A DNA stretch of 64,000 nt from Gammaproteobacteria bacterium (GTDB lineage Bacteria > Pseudomonadota > Gammaproteobacteria > CAJXQU01): NCBI GenBank assembly GCA_965224825.1, contig CBDDAG010000003.1:201414-265413 (forward strand), given 5' to 3'. The position numbers were made by a program, and so were the translations under genes. The notes under the pieces are model-generated. The model worked only from the letters and a program-made list of their open reading frames with translations. It searched no databases and was not told the DNA's origin. Every line of letters starts with the position of its first letter. The first letter of the stretch is position 1. Positions 48,419-58,626 of the stretch are shown one piece after another.

Positions 48419-48841
48419 ATGGGACAACTTTCAGAATTCATCGGTAATCACCTCGTACTATCAATACTATTTCTCATCATTTTATCTCTGTTGATCCAAA
48501 ATCTATTTGCCGATTTCAAACAGGGTGGCTCATCCGTAGAAGCCGCCGAAGCAACCCGTCTGATGAATCGTGAAGATGCCATCATGCTGGATATCCGCAA
48601 CACGGCAGAATTCTCGGACGGGCATATTATCAATGCAACCAATATTCCTTATTCAGAGTTCGACAACCGTAGTTCTGATCTGGAAAAAATACGTGACAAA
48701 CCCGTTATCGTTTGCTGCAAAACAGGCACTTCCGCCAGTCTTGCCGTCACCGCACTGAACAAGCTTGGCTTCGAAAAAATATACCGCTTAAAAGGTGGAA
48801 TCGAAGGCTGGAAACATGCAAGCCTGCCCCTCGCAAGCTGA
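48419..48841 (+). CDS. rhodanese-domain sulfurtransferase with N-terminal TM anchor
   Basis: Active-site CxxGxR loop region VIVCCKTGTSAS. Confidence 0.75.
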   Translation: MGQLSEFIGNHLVLSILFLIILSLLIQNLFADFKQGGSSVEAAEATRLMNREDAIMLDIRNTAEFSDGHIINATNIPYSEFDNRSSDLEKIRDKPVIVCCKTGTSASLAVTALNKLGFEKIYRLKGGIEGWKHASLPLAS

Positions 48842-48927
48842 TGGGTGCTACTATCGCATAAATAAGTTAAATTTATCAGGTAACTTTGTTATCTAATGTG
48901 TTAAATCTAGTAAGGAAATGAAAAAGT

Positions 48928-49392
48928 ATGGCTGACGAACAACAACCACAAGGTCCACAATTAGCAATCCAGAAAATCTACGTGAAAGATCTTTCTTATG
49001 AAGCGCCAAATACACCGGCAATCTTCACTGAACAGATCGAACCACAAGTAGATCTACAAATGCATAACGAAGCAAAATTGCTTGATGAAAATACGCATGA
49101 GATCGTGTTGACAATTACAGTAACCGTTAAGCTTGAAGACAGAACTGTCTATCTGATAGAAGTAAAACAGGCAGGAATTTTCCACCTGGCTGGTTTCACT
49201 GAAGAACAGCTTTCTCATGTCGGAGGAACCGCTTGTCCGAACATCCTGTTTCCTTATGCAAGAGAAGCTATTTCAGATGTTGTTACACGTGGCGGCTTCC
49301 CCCCACTACTGCTGAACCCTGTTAATTTTGACGCGATCTACCAGCAGGAAATGGCGAAACAGCAAAAGGAAACGGGCCAGAAGCCTCACTAG
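48928..49392 (+). CDS. secB: protein-export chaperone SecB
   Basis: QKIYVKDLSYEAPN...CPNILFPYAREAISD parallels E. coli SecB. Confidence 0.9.
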   Translation: MADEQQPQGPQLAIQKIYVKDLSYEAPNTPAIFTEQIEPQVDLQMHNEAKLLDENTHEIVLTITVTVKLEDRTVYLIEVKQAGIFHLAGFTEEQLSHVGGTACPNILFPYAREAISDVVTRGGFPPLLLNPVNFDAIYQQEMAKQQKETGQKPH

Positions 49393-49393
49393 T

Positions 49394-50398
49394 ATGATCA
49401 ACAAACCAATTCTGGTAGCAGGTGCCGGTTCATGGGGAACTGCACTGGCTATCGCTTTGGCCAGAAATGAGCAAACGACCTATCTCTGGGGAAGAAATTC
49501 GGAACATATTGCCGAACTGATCAAGGATCGCAGAAATAACCGTTATCTTCCTGATGCAGAATTTCCGGCTGATCTAAAACCGATCGTCGATCTTGATCAA
49601 CACCTGGAAGAAACCCGCGATATTCTCATTGGCCTACCTTGTAAAGCACTTCGCCCTTTCCTCGAAAAGATCAGTAAGCTGTCGTCGGCAAACGACAAAA
49701 GAATCGTCTGGGCATGTAAAGGTGTTGAGCCAGAAACACAAATGCTTGTTCATGAAATTATCGAAGAAATACTTGGAAAAGATAATCCCGTCGCTGTTCT
49801 ATCCGGGCCAAGTTTCGCTGGAGAAGTCGGATCAAACCTGCCAACAGCGGTCACCATCGCTTCAAAAAATCAGGAATTCCTTGATGATCTGATCACCCGA
49901 TTTCACAACAAATCATTTCGTGCTTACGCCTCGAATGACGTGATCGGTGTAGAAGTAGCAGGTGCTGTTAAAAACGTCATGGCCATTGCTGCCGGAATTT
50001 CCGACGGCCTTGGTTTCGGCGCAAATACTGGTGCAGCCCTTATAACACGTGGCCTTGCAGAAATGACCCGTTTGGGGATTGCGATGGGTGGCCAACAGGA
50101 AACCTTCATGGGACTCGCCGGTTTTGGTGATCTGGTACTCACCTGTACAGACGATCAATCACGCAACCGCCGCTTCGGAAAACTACTCGCCAAAGGCATG
50201 TCCATCGAAGAAGCCGCAGAATCCATCGGGCAGGTAGTCGAAGGTGCACGCACCGCCAACGAAGTAAAAGAACTGTCCCAAAAGTATCACATAGAAATGC
50301 CTATCACCGATCAGGTCACTCGCTTATTGCAAGGAAAATGCTCTCCGAGAGAAGCGGTAGAGACACTGCTTTCGAGAGAACCTAAACAGGAAACCTAA
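49394..50398 (+). CDS. gpsA: NAD(P)H-dependent glycerol-3-phosphate dehydrogenase
   Basis: MINKPILVAGAGSWGTALA Rossmann start 2 nt after the secB stop. The ORF-track 49328 start overlaps secB out of frame. Confidence 0.9.
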   Translation: MINKPILVAGAGSWGTALAIALARNEQTTYLWGRNSEHIAELIKDRRNNRYLPDAEFPADLKPIVDLDQHLEETRDILIGLPCKALRPFLEKISKLSSANDKRIVWACKGVEPETQMLVHEIIEEILGKDNPVAVLSGPSFAGEVGSNLPTAVTIASKNQEFLDDLITRFHNKSFRAYASNDVIGVEVAGAVKNVMAIAAGISDGLGFGANTGAALITRGLAEMTRLGIAMGGQQETFMGLAGFGDLVLTCTDDQSRNRRFGKLLAKGMSIEEAAESIGQVVEGARTANEVKELSQKYHIEMPITDQVTRLLQGKCSPREAVETLLSREPKQET

Positions 50399-50679
50399 CC
50401 CACCAACCATATTATTAAATTTCTTTTAATAACAATAAGATATTCGTTTTTATTGTTGTCAAATAACCACAAACCTGTCGTCCAGAAGCAACACAATCTA
50501 GCTTTTTTAAAACGGAATCCACCATAAAAACCTGTATGTCATTGATTTATATGGCGTCAAACTATTGGCATAACATATGCCTCATTAAATATTGTGGGGA
50601 GTTTTTTTGACTTGGACTATGCTCGACGAGAGTAGATCAACGTCAAATTTTCGCTCAATAACATATGAGGAAAGATGTT

Positions 50680-51348
50680 ATGAAAAAAATATTTAGAATT
50701 GGATTTATGGCAATAATATTCGGTATGAGCCCAAATCTTGCGGCACTAACTATTAACTTGGGAGGTGGCGACTTCACAGCAGATATGGGAGGAACTGGTA
50801 GTCTTGGTGGTTCAGGCGCTGATCTACCAAATAATGCTTTAATACTGACTTTTTTAAATAATGGTCTGGACACAGTTCGATTGACAGTTGATGGTTCTAA
50901 CTTGCCTACTGGTACAGCTAAAGTCTCAGATATATGGTTTAACGTTGATCCGAATCTAATGCTTTCTAGTTTTTCCAATGTCTCTGGAGTATCAGCTTCA
51001 AACATATCTCTTGGCCAAGACACTTTTAACGTAGGCGGTGGTGCTGGCAGCTTTGATGTCAAAATTGAATACGGGGTTTCAGGGCCGACAGGTGATTTCT
51101 TTTCAGGATCCAGTTCAGTCTTCGATTTTACAGGTGTTGGCTTAACAGAAAATGCCTTTAACTTTTTATCTACCGGCGCTGGAGGGAGTCCCAACCCACT
51201 CCATGCTGCATTTCATTTAAATCTCACTGGCAATGGCAATAGTGGTCATTACGGATCAACTTCTCCTGTTCCTATCCCTGCAGCCGTCTGGTTGTTTGGT
51301 TCTGCTCTTGTTGGCCTAGTAGGAATAAAACGCCGGACTGGAGTATAG
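50680..51348 (+). CDS. secreted Gly/Ser/Thr-rich protein with PEP-CTERM-type C-terminal sorting signal
   Basis: Signal peptide MKKIFRIGFMAIIFGMSPNLAA after GAGG; C-terminus SPVPIPAAVWLFGSALVGLVGIKRR is nearly identical to the anchor of the GDSL hydrolase at 1174-2094. Confidence 0.6.
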   Translation: MKKIFRIGFMAIIFGMSPNLAALTINLGGGDFTADMGGTGSLGGSGADLPNNALILTFLNNGLDTVRLTVDGSNLPTGTAKVSDIWFNVDPNLMLSSFSNVSGVSASNISLGQDTFNVGGGAGSFDVKIEYGVSGPTGDFFSGSSSVFDFTGVGLTENAFNFLSTGAGGSPNPLHAAFHLNLTGNGNSGHYGSTSPVPIPAAVWLFGSALVGLVGIKRRTGV

Positions 51349-51436
51349 CTTTTCAAACAAATAGTTGAAGTAGAAAAGCATGCCTGCGTTAAGGCGTGCT
51401 TTCTTGATGTCTATCGCGGTGTAATTTAAAATCCTG

Positions 51437-51619
51437 CTAAGGACACTCTGCCTGTCTAGCCATTTCTTCCAGATCAACAGGTTGATCAAGGTCATCGACA
51501 ACCATCGGATCACCAACACAAACATCACTGTCTATATCGCTGGTTTCGGTTGGAGGTACAGACTGACAGCCTGATAATCCAAGCATGATTATAAAAAAAG
51601 TAAAAATAATAGTTCTCAT
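51437..51619 (-). CDS. small acidic lipoprotein (60 aa), last gene of the Bat-like operon
   Basis: Lipobox LGLSGC; placed 14 nt after the BatD-like gene. Confidence 0.3.
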   Translation of the reverse strand: MRTIIFTFFIIMLGLSGCQSVPPTETSDIDSDVCVGDPMVVDDLDQPVDLEEMARQAECP

Positions 51620-51633
51620 AATTCCAACCTCAT

Positions 51634-53334
51634 TTATATATTATTAAGTGGTGCTAAACTCGAATTGATCAACTCATCCTGCTGCTGTTTTGCACCATCA
51701 TAATTCTCAACGGCTAACAATAAATGCTCACCATCCCATTGTTGATCAACTTTGCCGTAAAGGTTCTGGTTGAGCAAGTCCAATTCCACAGCAAGTTCAT
51801 GACCTCCACGCTCACCAATTTCTGACAAACTGGTTGGAGGATTTTCTTCCCAGATTGATCTCCCCCAATCAAGTAAAGCATCTTTAATTTGTATTGGATC
51901 ACCTTTTCGTATCACTTCCCTGAGTGCTCGTAATGATCTACGTTCATTCAAAATAATGTCTGGTTTTATCTCTAAATTTTCTTTTTTATGTCTTTGTTTC
52001 CACCAGAACAAAGTCGTACTCAACCAACCCAAAGCTAAAACCAAAGAAACCCATGGCCAGATATTTTTTCTTTGACCAACTATTGGTGCTTCTGTATCCA
52101 CAGGCTCAGAGATAAAATCGTTACTCAAAACTTCCTCTGCCTGATCAGGTGATACTTTCTCTGTTCCCGGTAAAACATTGATCACTCTTTCAGGTAGCTC
52201 GGCAATCTCCATTTTTCCAGTTTGCGTATTCCACCATTTCAACTCAACCGCTGGCAATACATACTCTCCAGCTTTGTTTGGAATCATGGCACGTTTTTCC
52301 TGCCGAATTCCAAGCACGCCATCACGTCCGGTTTGATTATGCATCTCAGCCTGATCAGGATAGATTTTAAAATCACCCAGTTCTCCGAGGCTAATTTCCG
52401 GCAATTGTTCAGAGCTTAATCCATCTGCTTTGATCACGATTGTCCGAGTAACAGGTTCACCAGCTATAAGCTTATTCGGATCAGTTATCCACTTTTCTTC
52501 AATCTGAATCTTTTTGGCTGGCAACCATGTATTGCCTGAATAATCTGCAGGAACTGGTTTAATAGTTAAGTTGATCGCTCGTGAGAGTCGCTGTATTTTC
52601 TGACTGTTCTGTCCAAAAGGATCAAAAAGATGTCTTGATCGCTGACTGACCTGACCAGTAAAAACAATTGGCTCAAAAGTGAATTCCCCACTTGCCTGAG
52701 GAAACAACGCATAACGTCTTTGCAACACAATATAGCGTTTATTATTCCTTGATGTTTCAAACTGTCTATCTTCGAGTTTCTCAGCGATCATTTTTCCACC
52801 GCTGATCTTAGGTTCCGACAAACTTGAGTTAAACGTATTCACTGATCGAAATAATCTGATCGTATAAAGGATCTGACCCTGCACCCATGAATTTTCAGGA
52901 ACCGCTTCCACCTCAATAAATATTTCATCGTCCCCTTGATTATTAGCTGAACCATTGGCTGAACTCTGTTGTACATTTTTTACCGTGATCTGTACTGTCG
53001 GACTCTGTTCTTTTCCAAATTTTATTGATGGAACTTCCAACACACCATCACGTTTCGCCTTCACTTCTACCAGCCACTCGTTGCTGCTGGTTGATTTGCC
53101 ATTGTAAAGAGAAAGGTTGCTACGTTTATGTTTGCTCAAAATAGAAAAATCTTTCCCCAATGGAGAAAAATCTGGATCACTAACCGAGCCGACAGCCTGA
53201 AAGGAAATGGTGAAAGAATCGTTCATAGAAACGACATCTCGATCCAATGTCACTTTTAGACCACCGGCATTTACTGCACCAGTAATAATGATCAGAAAGA
53301 AAAATACAAACGATCTAATTACAGCTCTCACCAT
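51634..53334 (-). CDS. BatD-like protein (signal peptide, C-terminal TM)
   Basis: Position after the two VWA genes in a MoxR-DUF58-VWA-VWA operon; 566 aa with N-terminal signal and a late TM helix (IWPWVSLVLALGWLSTTLFWW). Confidence 0.6.
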   Translation of the reverse strand: MVRAVIRSFVFFFLIIITGAVNAGGLKVTLDRDVVSMNDSFTISFQAVGSVSDPDFSPLGKDFSILSKHKRSNLSLYNGKSTSSNEWLVEVKAKRDGVLEVPSIKFGKEQSPTVQITVKNVQQSSANGSANNQGDDEIFIEVEAVPENSWVQGQILYTIRLFRSVNTFNSSLSEPKISGGKMIAEKLEDRQFETSRNNKRYIVLQRRYALFPQASGEFTFEPIVFTGQVSQRSRHLFDPFGQNSQKIQRLSRAINLTIKPVPADYSGNTWLPAKKIQIEEKWITDPNKLIAGEPVTRTIVIKADGLSSEQLPEISLGELGDFKIYPDQAEMHNQTGRDGVLGIRQEKRAMIPNKAGEYVLPAVELKWWNTQTGKMEIAELPERVINVLPGTEKVSPDQAEEVLSNDFISEPVDTEAPIVGQRKNIWPWVSLVLALGWLSTTLFWWKQRHKKENLEIKPDIILNERRSLRALREVIRKGDPIQIKDALLDWGRSIWEENPPTSLSEIGERGGHELAVELDLLNQNLYGKVDQQWDGEHLLLAVENYDGAKQQQDELINSSLAPLNNI

Positions 53335-55190
53335 TGTTGTTCCTCAAGTTCATTTTTCATTTCCTGTCTCTTGTATTGATACTCAAATTTTCGACGCAAC
53401 AAACCGCCCGGATCATCTGGAATGGCTCGCAACGCTGCTTCAACAGCCTGCTTTGTTTCGTCATCAAAAGACTCTGCTTGTTCAGCCTGTTTTAAAAGAT
53501 CTTCCTGTTCTTCATCCTGCATATCCTGATCTTGTTCCTTTCCTGTAGCAGGGTTATTTCCTTCTTTTGGGTCTTCTTCAGGTTCACCCTGCTGATCGGA
53601 CTCCCCATCTTTTCCTTCATTCTTTTTATCTTCTGGTGATGTGTCCTGTTTTTGTTTTTCTTTTTCTTTTTCTGATGAATCTTCTGACTCAGACTCATCA
53701 CCCTCCTTGCCTTCGCCATCCTCAGATTTTTTCTCTTGATCACCTTCCTGTTCTTGCTTCTTTTGCTCTTCCAAAGCTTTTTTTACCTGATCATAATTAT
53801 ATTTAACATCATCAAGTTCTGGATTTTTTTTCAATGCTTGATTATAAGATTCCAGCGCTTCTTCAAGCTTCCCCATTTTTGCCAATGCATTACCTTTATT
53901 ATACAAAGCTTCTGCATCATCAAAACTTTCCCAGCTTTGTAAAGCACCTTCGTAATCCTCAGCTTGATATTGGGCGCTACCTTTCCAACGCTGGTCTTCA
54001 AAAAGCTCGACCGCTTTTTCAGCCTCGCCTTCTTGTAATAATTCATGCCCCTGCTGATCAGGTCGTTTCCATAAACTGGTCTCTATTTTTTGATTGGCCA
54101 TACTTTCTGGTGCATGTAGAAAACCTGAAACACAAAAAACAAAAACAACCAGATAACCTTTACGAAAAGCAAAAGCTGCAAAAGGAATAATCAACAATAA
54201 AATCCAAGGTCCCTTTTCACGCCATTGATCTGATTTCATTTCCGACTCACTCGCTGAACTCTCATCAGGTTTTTTATCAAATTGAATCGTCAGCTTATTA
54301 ACATCTTTATCACCAGCAGAATACTTCTGATAAACCCCTCCACCTGATTTTGCCACCACTTTCAAGGGAGCTTCCTTTAGTGCTGGCAGGATAATATTGC
54401 CCGAAGCATCCGAAAAAAAACCACCTTTAGAATCTGGGATCGGCGCACCTTCTTTTGTGCCCATACCTAAAATTGAAACACGATATCCTTCTTTTTTAAC
54501 CTCAGCGGAAACAGCTGAATCCCGATCACTTTTGAGTCCATCCGTGATCAATAAAATTTCTCCTTTTGAGGAACCTGCCTGTTTTAGTAATTCACTGGCT
54601 TTTAACATCGCCCGATCTGCACGACTACCCTGTTGCGGCATTAGATCAGTTGTTAGCGCTTTAAGCTGTGACAAAATCGTATCGGCATCATCGGTAAGTG
54701 GTGTGACTGTATATGCATCAGCGGCAAAAACTAAAAGAGCCGTTTGTCCTTCTTTGCGTTGTTTCAATAGATCGGCAATTTTAAATCTGGCTCTGATCAA
54801 ACGGCTTGGCTTCAGATCAGCAGCATCCATTGATCGTGATAAATCCAATGCGATCACCAATGCAGAATCATTACGAAAAACAGGTTGAGGTAATTGTTCC
54901 CAGACGGGGCCCGCAGATGCAATGATGGTTAGTAATCCCATCAAACTAAGCAGAACTTTTGGCCATTTTCGTGAACGACTTTCTTTACTGATTAAAACAT
55001 GTGGCAACAAAGCTTCATCGATCACACCTTCCCAGCCTCTCTGACTCAATTTCTCTTTTGTCATTCGCCAGATCACAAATGCCAATGGAATGATCGCCAG
55101 AAACCAGAAAGGTCTTAAAAAATGGAAGCCCATCTCGATCATAATAAACAGACCATCGCTGCCAGAAAAAGTGCGGCACCAGATGGCCAA
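53328..55190 (-). CDS. VWA + TPR protein (BatB-like) with long E/K/D-rich low-complexity C-terminus
   Basis: VWA domain, TPR repeats (AEDYEGALQSWESFDD...YNKGNALAKMGKLEEALESY), then about 150 aa of charged low complexity. Confidence 0.75.
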   Translation of the reverse strand: MAIWCRTFSGSDGLFIMIEMGFHFLRPFWFLAIIPLAFVIWRMTKEKLSQRGWEGVIDEALLPHVLISKESRSRKWPKVLLSLMGLLTIIASAGPVWEQLPQPVFRNDSALVIALDLSRSMDAADLKPSRLIRARFKIADLLKQRKEGQTALLVFAADAYTVTPLTDDADTILSQLKALTTDLMPQQGSRADRAMLKASELLKQAGSSKGEILLITDGLKSDRDSAVSAEVKKEGYRVSILGMGTKEGAPIPDSKGGFFSDASGNIILPALKEAPLKVVAKSGGGVYQKYSAGDKDVNKLTIQFDKKPDESSASESEMKSDQWREKGPWILLLIIPFAAFAFRKGYLVVFVFCVSGFLHAPESMANQKIETSLWKRPDQQGHELLQEGEAEKAVELFEDQRWKGSAQYQAEDYEGALQSWESFDDAEALYNKGNALAKMGKLEEALESYNQALKKNPELDDVKYNYDQVKKALEEQKKQEQEGDQEKKSEDGEGKEGDESESEDSSEKEKEKQKQDTSPEDKKNEGKDGESDQQGEPEEDPKEGNNPATGKEQDQDMQDEEQEDLLKQAEQAESFDDETKQAVEAALRAIPDDPGGLLRRKFEYQYKRQEMKNELEEQQW

Positions 55191-56146
55191 TGGAAAAGTG
55201 ATTTGTGTGGTCGAAACTGTTGTGGATCATGTTCCACCGGCTCTAGCTCATCAAGTATGGCATAGATCTCTTTCAGCTCTTTGGTGTCTCGCGCTCGAAA
55301 ATATTTTCCACCTGTTTTTTCAGCGATCGCTGTCAAGGTTTTTTCATCCAGATCCAGTGATGGATTAATGCGTCGCGTTCCGAACAAACTACGAACTAAC
55401 ATTTCATCGGCACCGATACCAACCGTGTATATTTTAAGACCTTCATGCGCAGCCAGATCAGCGGCTTGTAAAGGTTCGATAACACCGGCTGTATTTGCAC
55501 CATCGGTTAGCAAGATCAGAACCTTATTGATCTTTTCACCTTCCGCTTCTTTTTCTCGTAGTCGTTTCACAGCCAGTCCGATCGCATCACCAATCGCGGT
55601 TGATCTTCCTGCCAGGCCCAATGCAGATTCATCCAGTAAAGTTCTGATAGTTTTCCAGTCAAATGTCAGTGGAGCCTGTAAATATGCTTGCTGCCCAAAC
55701 AGGATCAAACCGATACGATCACCCGTGCGTCGTTCTATAAATTCTCCCGCAACAAGCTTGCTGGCTTCTAGTCGATTGATCAAACGACCATTCAATTGAA
55801 AATCTTCCTGCTCCATACTGATCGACAGATCCACCGCCATCATCAGATCACGTCCACTGATCGGGATCTCGACTGCCTCGCCAACCCATTGTGGTCTGGC
55901 GGCCGCGAGTATTAAAAGTAACCATGCAAACATTGCTAACCACAATTTGAGTTGACTGCTTTTTTCAACTATCGCCTTACCCGTCAAGGATTTGAAATCA
56001 TCCAGAAAAGGTATACGTAAAGCGGCATCTTTTGCCATTTCAGCAGGTGAGAATAATTTTCTGACCAAATAGGGGATCGGGATCAGAAAAAATACCCATG
56101 GCCATTCAAAATTTATCATGGCAGTTTCTCGATCCAATCTTCGCAA
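55139..56146 (-). CDS. VWA domain membrane protein (BatA-like)
   Basis: Two N-terminal TM helices plus VWA (DLSISM MIDAS). Confidence 0.75.
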   Translation of the reverse strand: MRRLDRETAMINFEWPWVFFLIPIPYLVRKLFSPAEMAKDAALRIPFLDDFKSLTGKAIVEKSSQLKLWLAMFAWLLLILAAARPQWVGEAVEIPISGRDLMMAVDLSISMEQEDFQLNGRLINRLEASKLVAGEFIERRTGDRIGLILFGQQAYLQAPLTFDWKTIRTLLDESALGLAGRSTAIGDAIGLAVKRLREKEAEGEKINKVLILLTDGANTAGVIEPLQAADLAAHEGLKIYTVGIGADEMLVRSLFGTRRINPSLDLDEKTLTAIAEKTGGKYFRARDTKELKEIYAILDELEPVEHDPQQFRPHKSLFHWPSGAALFLAAMVCLL

Positions 56147-56586
56147 AGTGCAATCAATCCATTCGCATCAAATTTTGGATCTTTTTCGTAAGGTGCTGTT
56201 ATCAAAGATTTTCCAACACCTTCAGAAAAACGTTTTTCATCCATCTCATCATCAAGAAACTTCAGCCACTTTTCTCCAGTTAAACCTGCGCTGTCTTCAC
56301 GTGGAAAAACACTCAGACAAACACGACGTAATAATACTGAAAGCTCTTCAACCAGCAATTTCTGATCGTTATGTTGTTGAAAGTTTTTCTGAATAATATT
56401 TATTTCTTTTCCAGCCAAAACTTTTGCTGATCGATTCTTTTCTAACCAACGTTTTCTTAACCAGAATACAAAAATTATCAAACATAGAATGGCTAATAAA
56501 ACTAACCACCAGCCAATCGCAGGTGGCCACCAGGATACAGGCTCTGGCAAATGAATATCTCGAAGATCGAGGTTCTCAGTGAGCAT
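56116..56586 (-). CDS. DUF4381-family membrane protein
   Basis: LRDIHLPEPVSWWPPAIGWW N-terminal signature. Confidence 0.5.
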   Translation of the reverse strand: MLTENLDLRDIHLPEPVSWWPPAIGWWLVLLAILCLIIFVFWLRKRWLEKNRSAKVLAGKEINIIQKNFQQHNDQKLLVEELSVLLRRVCLSVFPREDSAGLTGEKWLKFLDDEMDEKRFSEGVGKSLITAPYEKDPKFDANGLIALCEDWIEKLP

Positions 56587-57487
56587 AGGCGCTCAGCTTT
56601 TTGATCGGATCATCGGTCGTTAAACAACTGATCAAATGCATTCGATAACGTCCGGCGATCTGCTCAAGAAACTCCTTATGCTGTTTAAATTGTTGCTGAT
56701 ATTTTTCCAGATTCGACTTGTCATGTGTATTGATGATCAGTTCTTGATCGTTACTGCTATTGCCACTACTCAGACGAAAGGTTCCATTCGCTGGCAAACG
56801 TTCTTCCAGCACATCATGAATTGGTAACATGACGACTTCGCAATGTTTTGAAAGTCTGGCCATTTCTGATTCGGCATTTTCCAGATCACGAAAGTCACTC
56901 AGCATATAAACAAGGCTACCGGGACGCACCAGACGGTTTAGTCGCGTGACCGCTGTTTTTATATTTGTTTGATCATGTTGATCTATTGATTGCTCCGTCC
57001 ATGCGGGATGACTCACCAGACGATTGATCAAATGTAGAACACCTTGCTTTCCCTGTCCGGGTTTTAATTCATGGTGTTCATTTTCCGAAAAGATCAGACC
57101 ACCAATTCGATCACCTTGCTGAGCAGCATTCCACGCGATCAAAGCTGCTGTTCTGGCTGCGAAAACAGATTTGAAAACTCCCTGAGTTGCAAAAAACATC
57201 GGTGCGCGATAATCCACCCAGACAAAAACTGGACGTTCACGTTCTTCACGAAATAATTTAGTGTGTGGTTTTCCAGTGCGAGCAGTGACACGCCAGTCCA
57301 TATTCCGAATATCATCACCGGGTTGATAAAGACGTGACTCATCGAATTCCATTCCACGGCCTTTGAGGTTAGAGGTGTAATCACCACTCTGAGATGCTTT
57401 AGGTCGACGTGGACGTTTTCTCAATATAGCTGTGCTCGCATTGAGCGCGATCAGTTCGGGGACAGTGACTTGTACGGGGGAAGTCAT
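56576..57487 (-). CDS. DUF58 protein (MoxR-associated VWA-like)
   Basis: GRGMEFDESRLYQPGDDIRNMDW motif. Confidence 0.8.
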   Translation of the reverse strand: MTSPVQVTVPELIALNASTAILRKRPRRPKASQSGDYTSNLKGRGMEFDESRLYQPGDDIRNMDWRVTARTGKPHTKLFREERERPVFVWVDYRAPMFFATQGVFKSVFAARTAALIAWNAAQQGDRIGGLIFSENEHHELKPGQGKQGVLHLINRLVSHPAWTEQSIDQHDQTNIKTAVTRLNRLVRPGSLVYMLSDFRDLENAESEMARLSKHCEVVMLPIHDVLEERLPANGTFRLSSGNSSNDQELIINTHDKSNLEKYQQQFKQHKEFLEQIAGRYRMHLISCLTTDDPIKKLSAYAH

Positions 57488-57496
57488 CTTTTTATT

Positions 57497-58468
57497 TTAT
57501 GGAACAGCGATTCTGGCGATCAATTCATCGATAACTTTATCGGCGTTCATGCCTTCAGCCTCTGCTTCATAATCAAGAATGATCCGATGTCTGAGAACAT
57601 CAGGAGCAACAGCCTGAATATCTTCCGGCCCGACATAATCCCGACCAGCTACCCATGCATGAGCACGAGCACAACGATCAAGACTGATCGTCGCACGAGG
57701 ACTTCCACCCCATTCTATCCAGCGCGCAAGATCATCACCATATTTTTCAGGTTGTCTTGTTGCCAGCACGATCTGCAATAAATATTCTTCAATATTATCC
57801 GCCATGTGGATCGCAAGAACTTCTTTGCGCGCTTCAAAAATATCCTGTTGACTAATCGTTTCATGTTGATCGCGATTCTGATCAGAAGTGAGTTCATCAC
57901 TGGCTTCTTTTCTTGCTAACCGCAAGATCGCCAGCTCATCTTCACCGGAAGGATAATCAACCGTCACATGCATCAAAAAACGATCAAGTTGCGCTTCGGG
58001 CAAAGGATAAGTTCCTTCCTGTTCGATTGGGTTTTGTGTTGCCATGACGAGGAAAAGTTGTGGCAGGTCGTAGGTCTGTTTACCCACGGTGATCTGACGT
58101 TCAGCCATCGCTTCTAGCAAAGCCGACTGAACCTTTGCCGGAGCGCGATTGATCTCATCAGCCAACACCAGATTATGGAATAAAGGCCCTTGCTGGAATT
58201 CAAACTTACCTTCCTGAGGTCGATATATTTCAGTTCCGGTCAGATCTGCTGGCAACAGATCCGGCGTAAATTGTACTCGATGAAAACTACCATCAATACT
58301 TTCCCCCAAAACCTTTACCGCTCGGGTCTTTGCCAGACCAGGAGCACCTTCGACGAGTAAATGTCCATCAGCTAATATTGCTATCAATAAACGGTTGACC
58401 AGCTTTTTCTGACCAATGATCTGCTTCTGAACCAGACTTTCCAGTTGTTTAATTTTTTTATGCGGCAT
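57497..58468 (-). CDS. MoxR-family AAA+ ATPase
   Basis: Walker A GAPGLAKT; Walker B LLADEINRA; 323 aa. Confidence 0.9.
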   Translation of the reverse strand: MPHKKIKQLESLVQKQIIGQKKLVNRLLIAILADGHLLVEGAPGLAKTRAVKVLGESIDGSFHRVQFTPDLLPADLTGTEIYRPQEGKFEFQQGPLFHNLVLADEINRAPAKVQSALLEAMAERQITVGKQTYDLPQLFLVMATQNPIEQEGTYPLPEAQLDRFLMHVTVDYPSGEDELAILRLARKEASDELTSDQNRDQHETISQQDIFEARKEVLAIHMADNIEEYLLQIVLATRQPEKYGDDLARWIEWGGSPRATISLDRCARAHAWVAGRDYVGPEDIQAVAPDVLRHRIILDYEAEAEGMNADKVIDELIARIAVP

Positions 58469-58626
58469 GAGTAATTACTCAATCATTAAAATTTGAATCA
58501 TCAGGTAGTGAAACCTCTGATGGAGAGAGCAAGATCTTACATAAAAAAATGAGGAAAAGAAGTTCTTAAGAGAAATTTAGAAAAATCTATTGAAAGGGAT
58601 GAAACTGGAAAACGCTACTTTAGTAT

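Noticed and set aside
49328-49393. ORF-track start of gpsA inside secB
   Set aside because: It overlaps secB in another frame. The conserved GpsA N-terminus MINKPILVAGAGSWG starts at 49394, 2 nt after the secB stop.
50400-50664. Possible mobile-element remnant in the AT-rich 265-bp gap before the PEP-CTERM gene
   Set aside because: No terminal inverted repeats, transposase fragment or target duplication were seen. Only short palindromes compatible with regulator sites or terminators are present.
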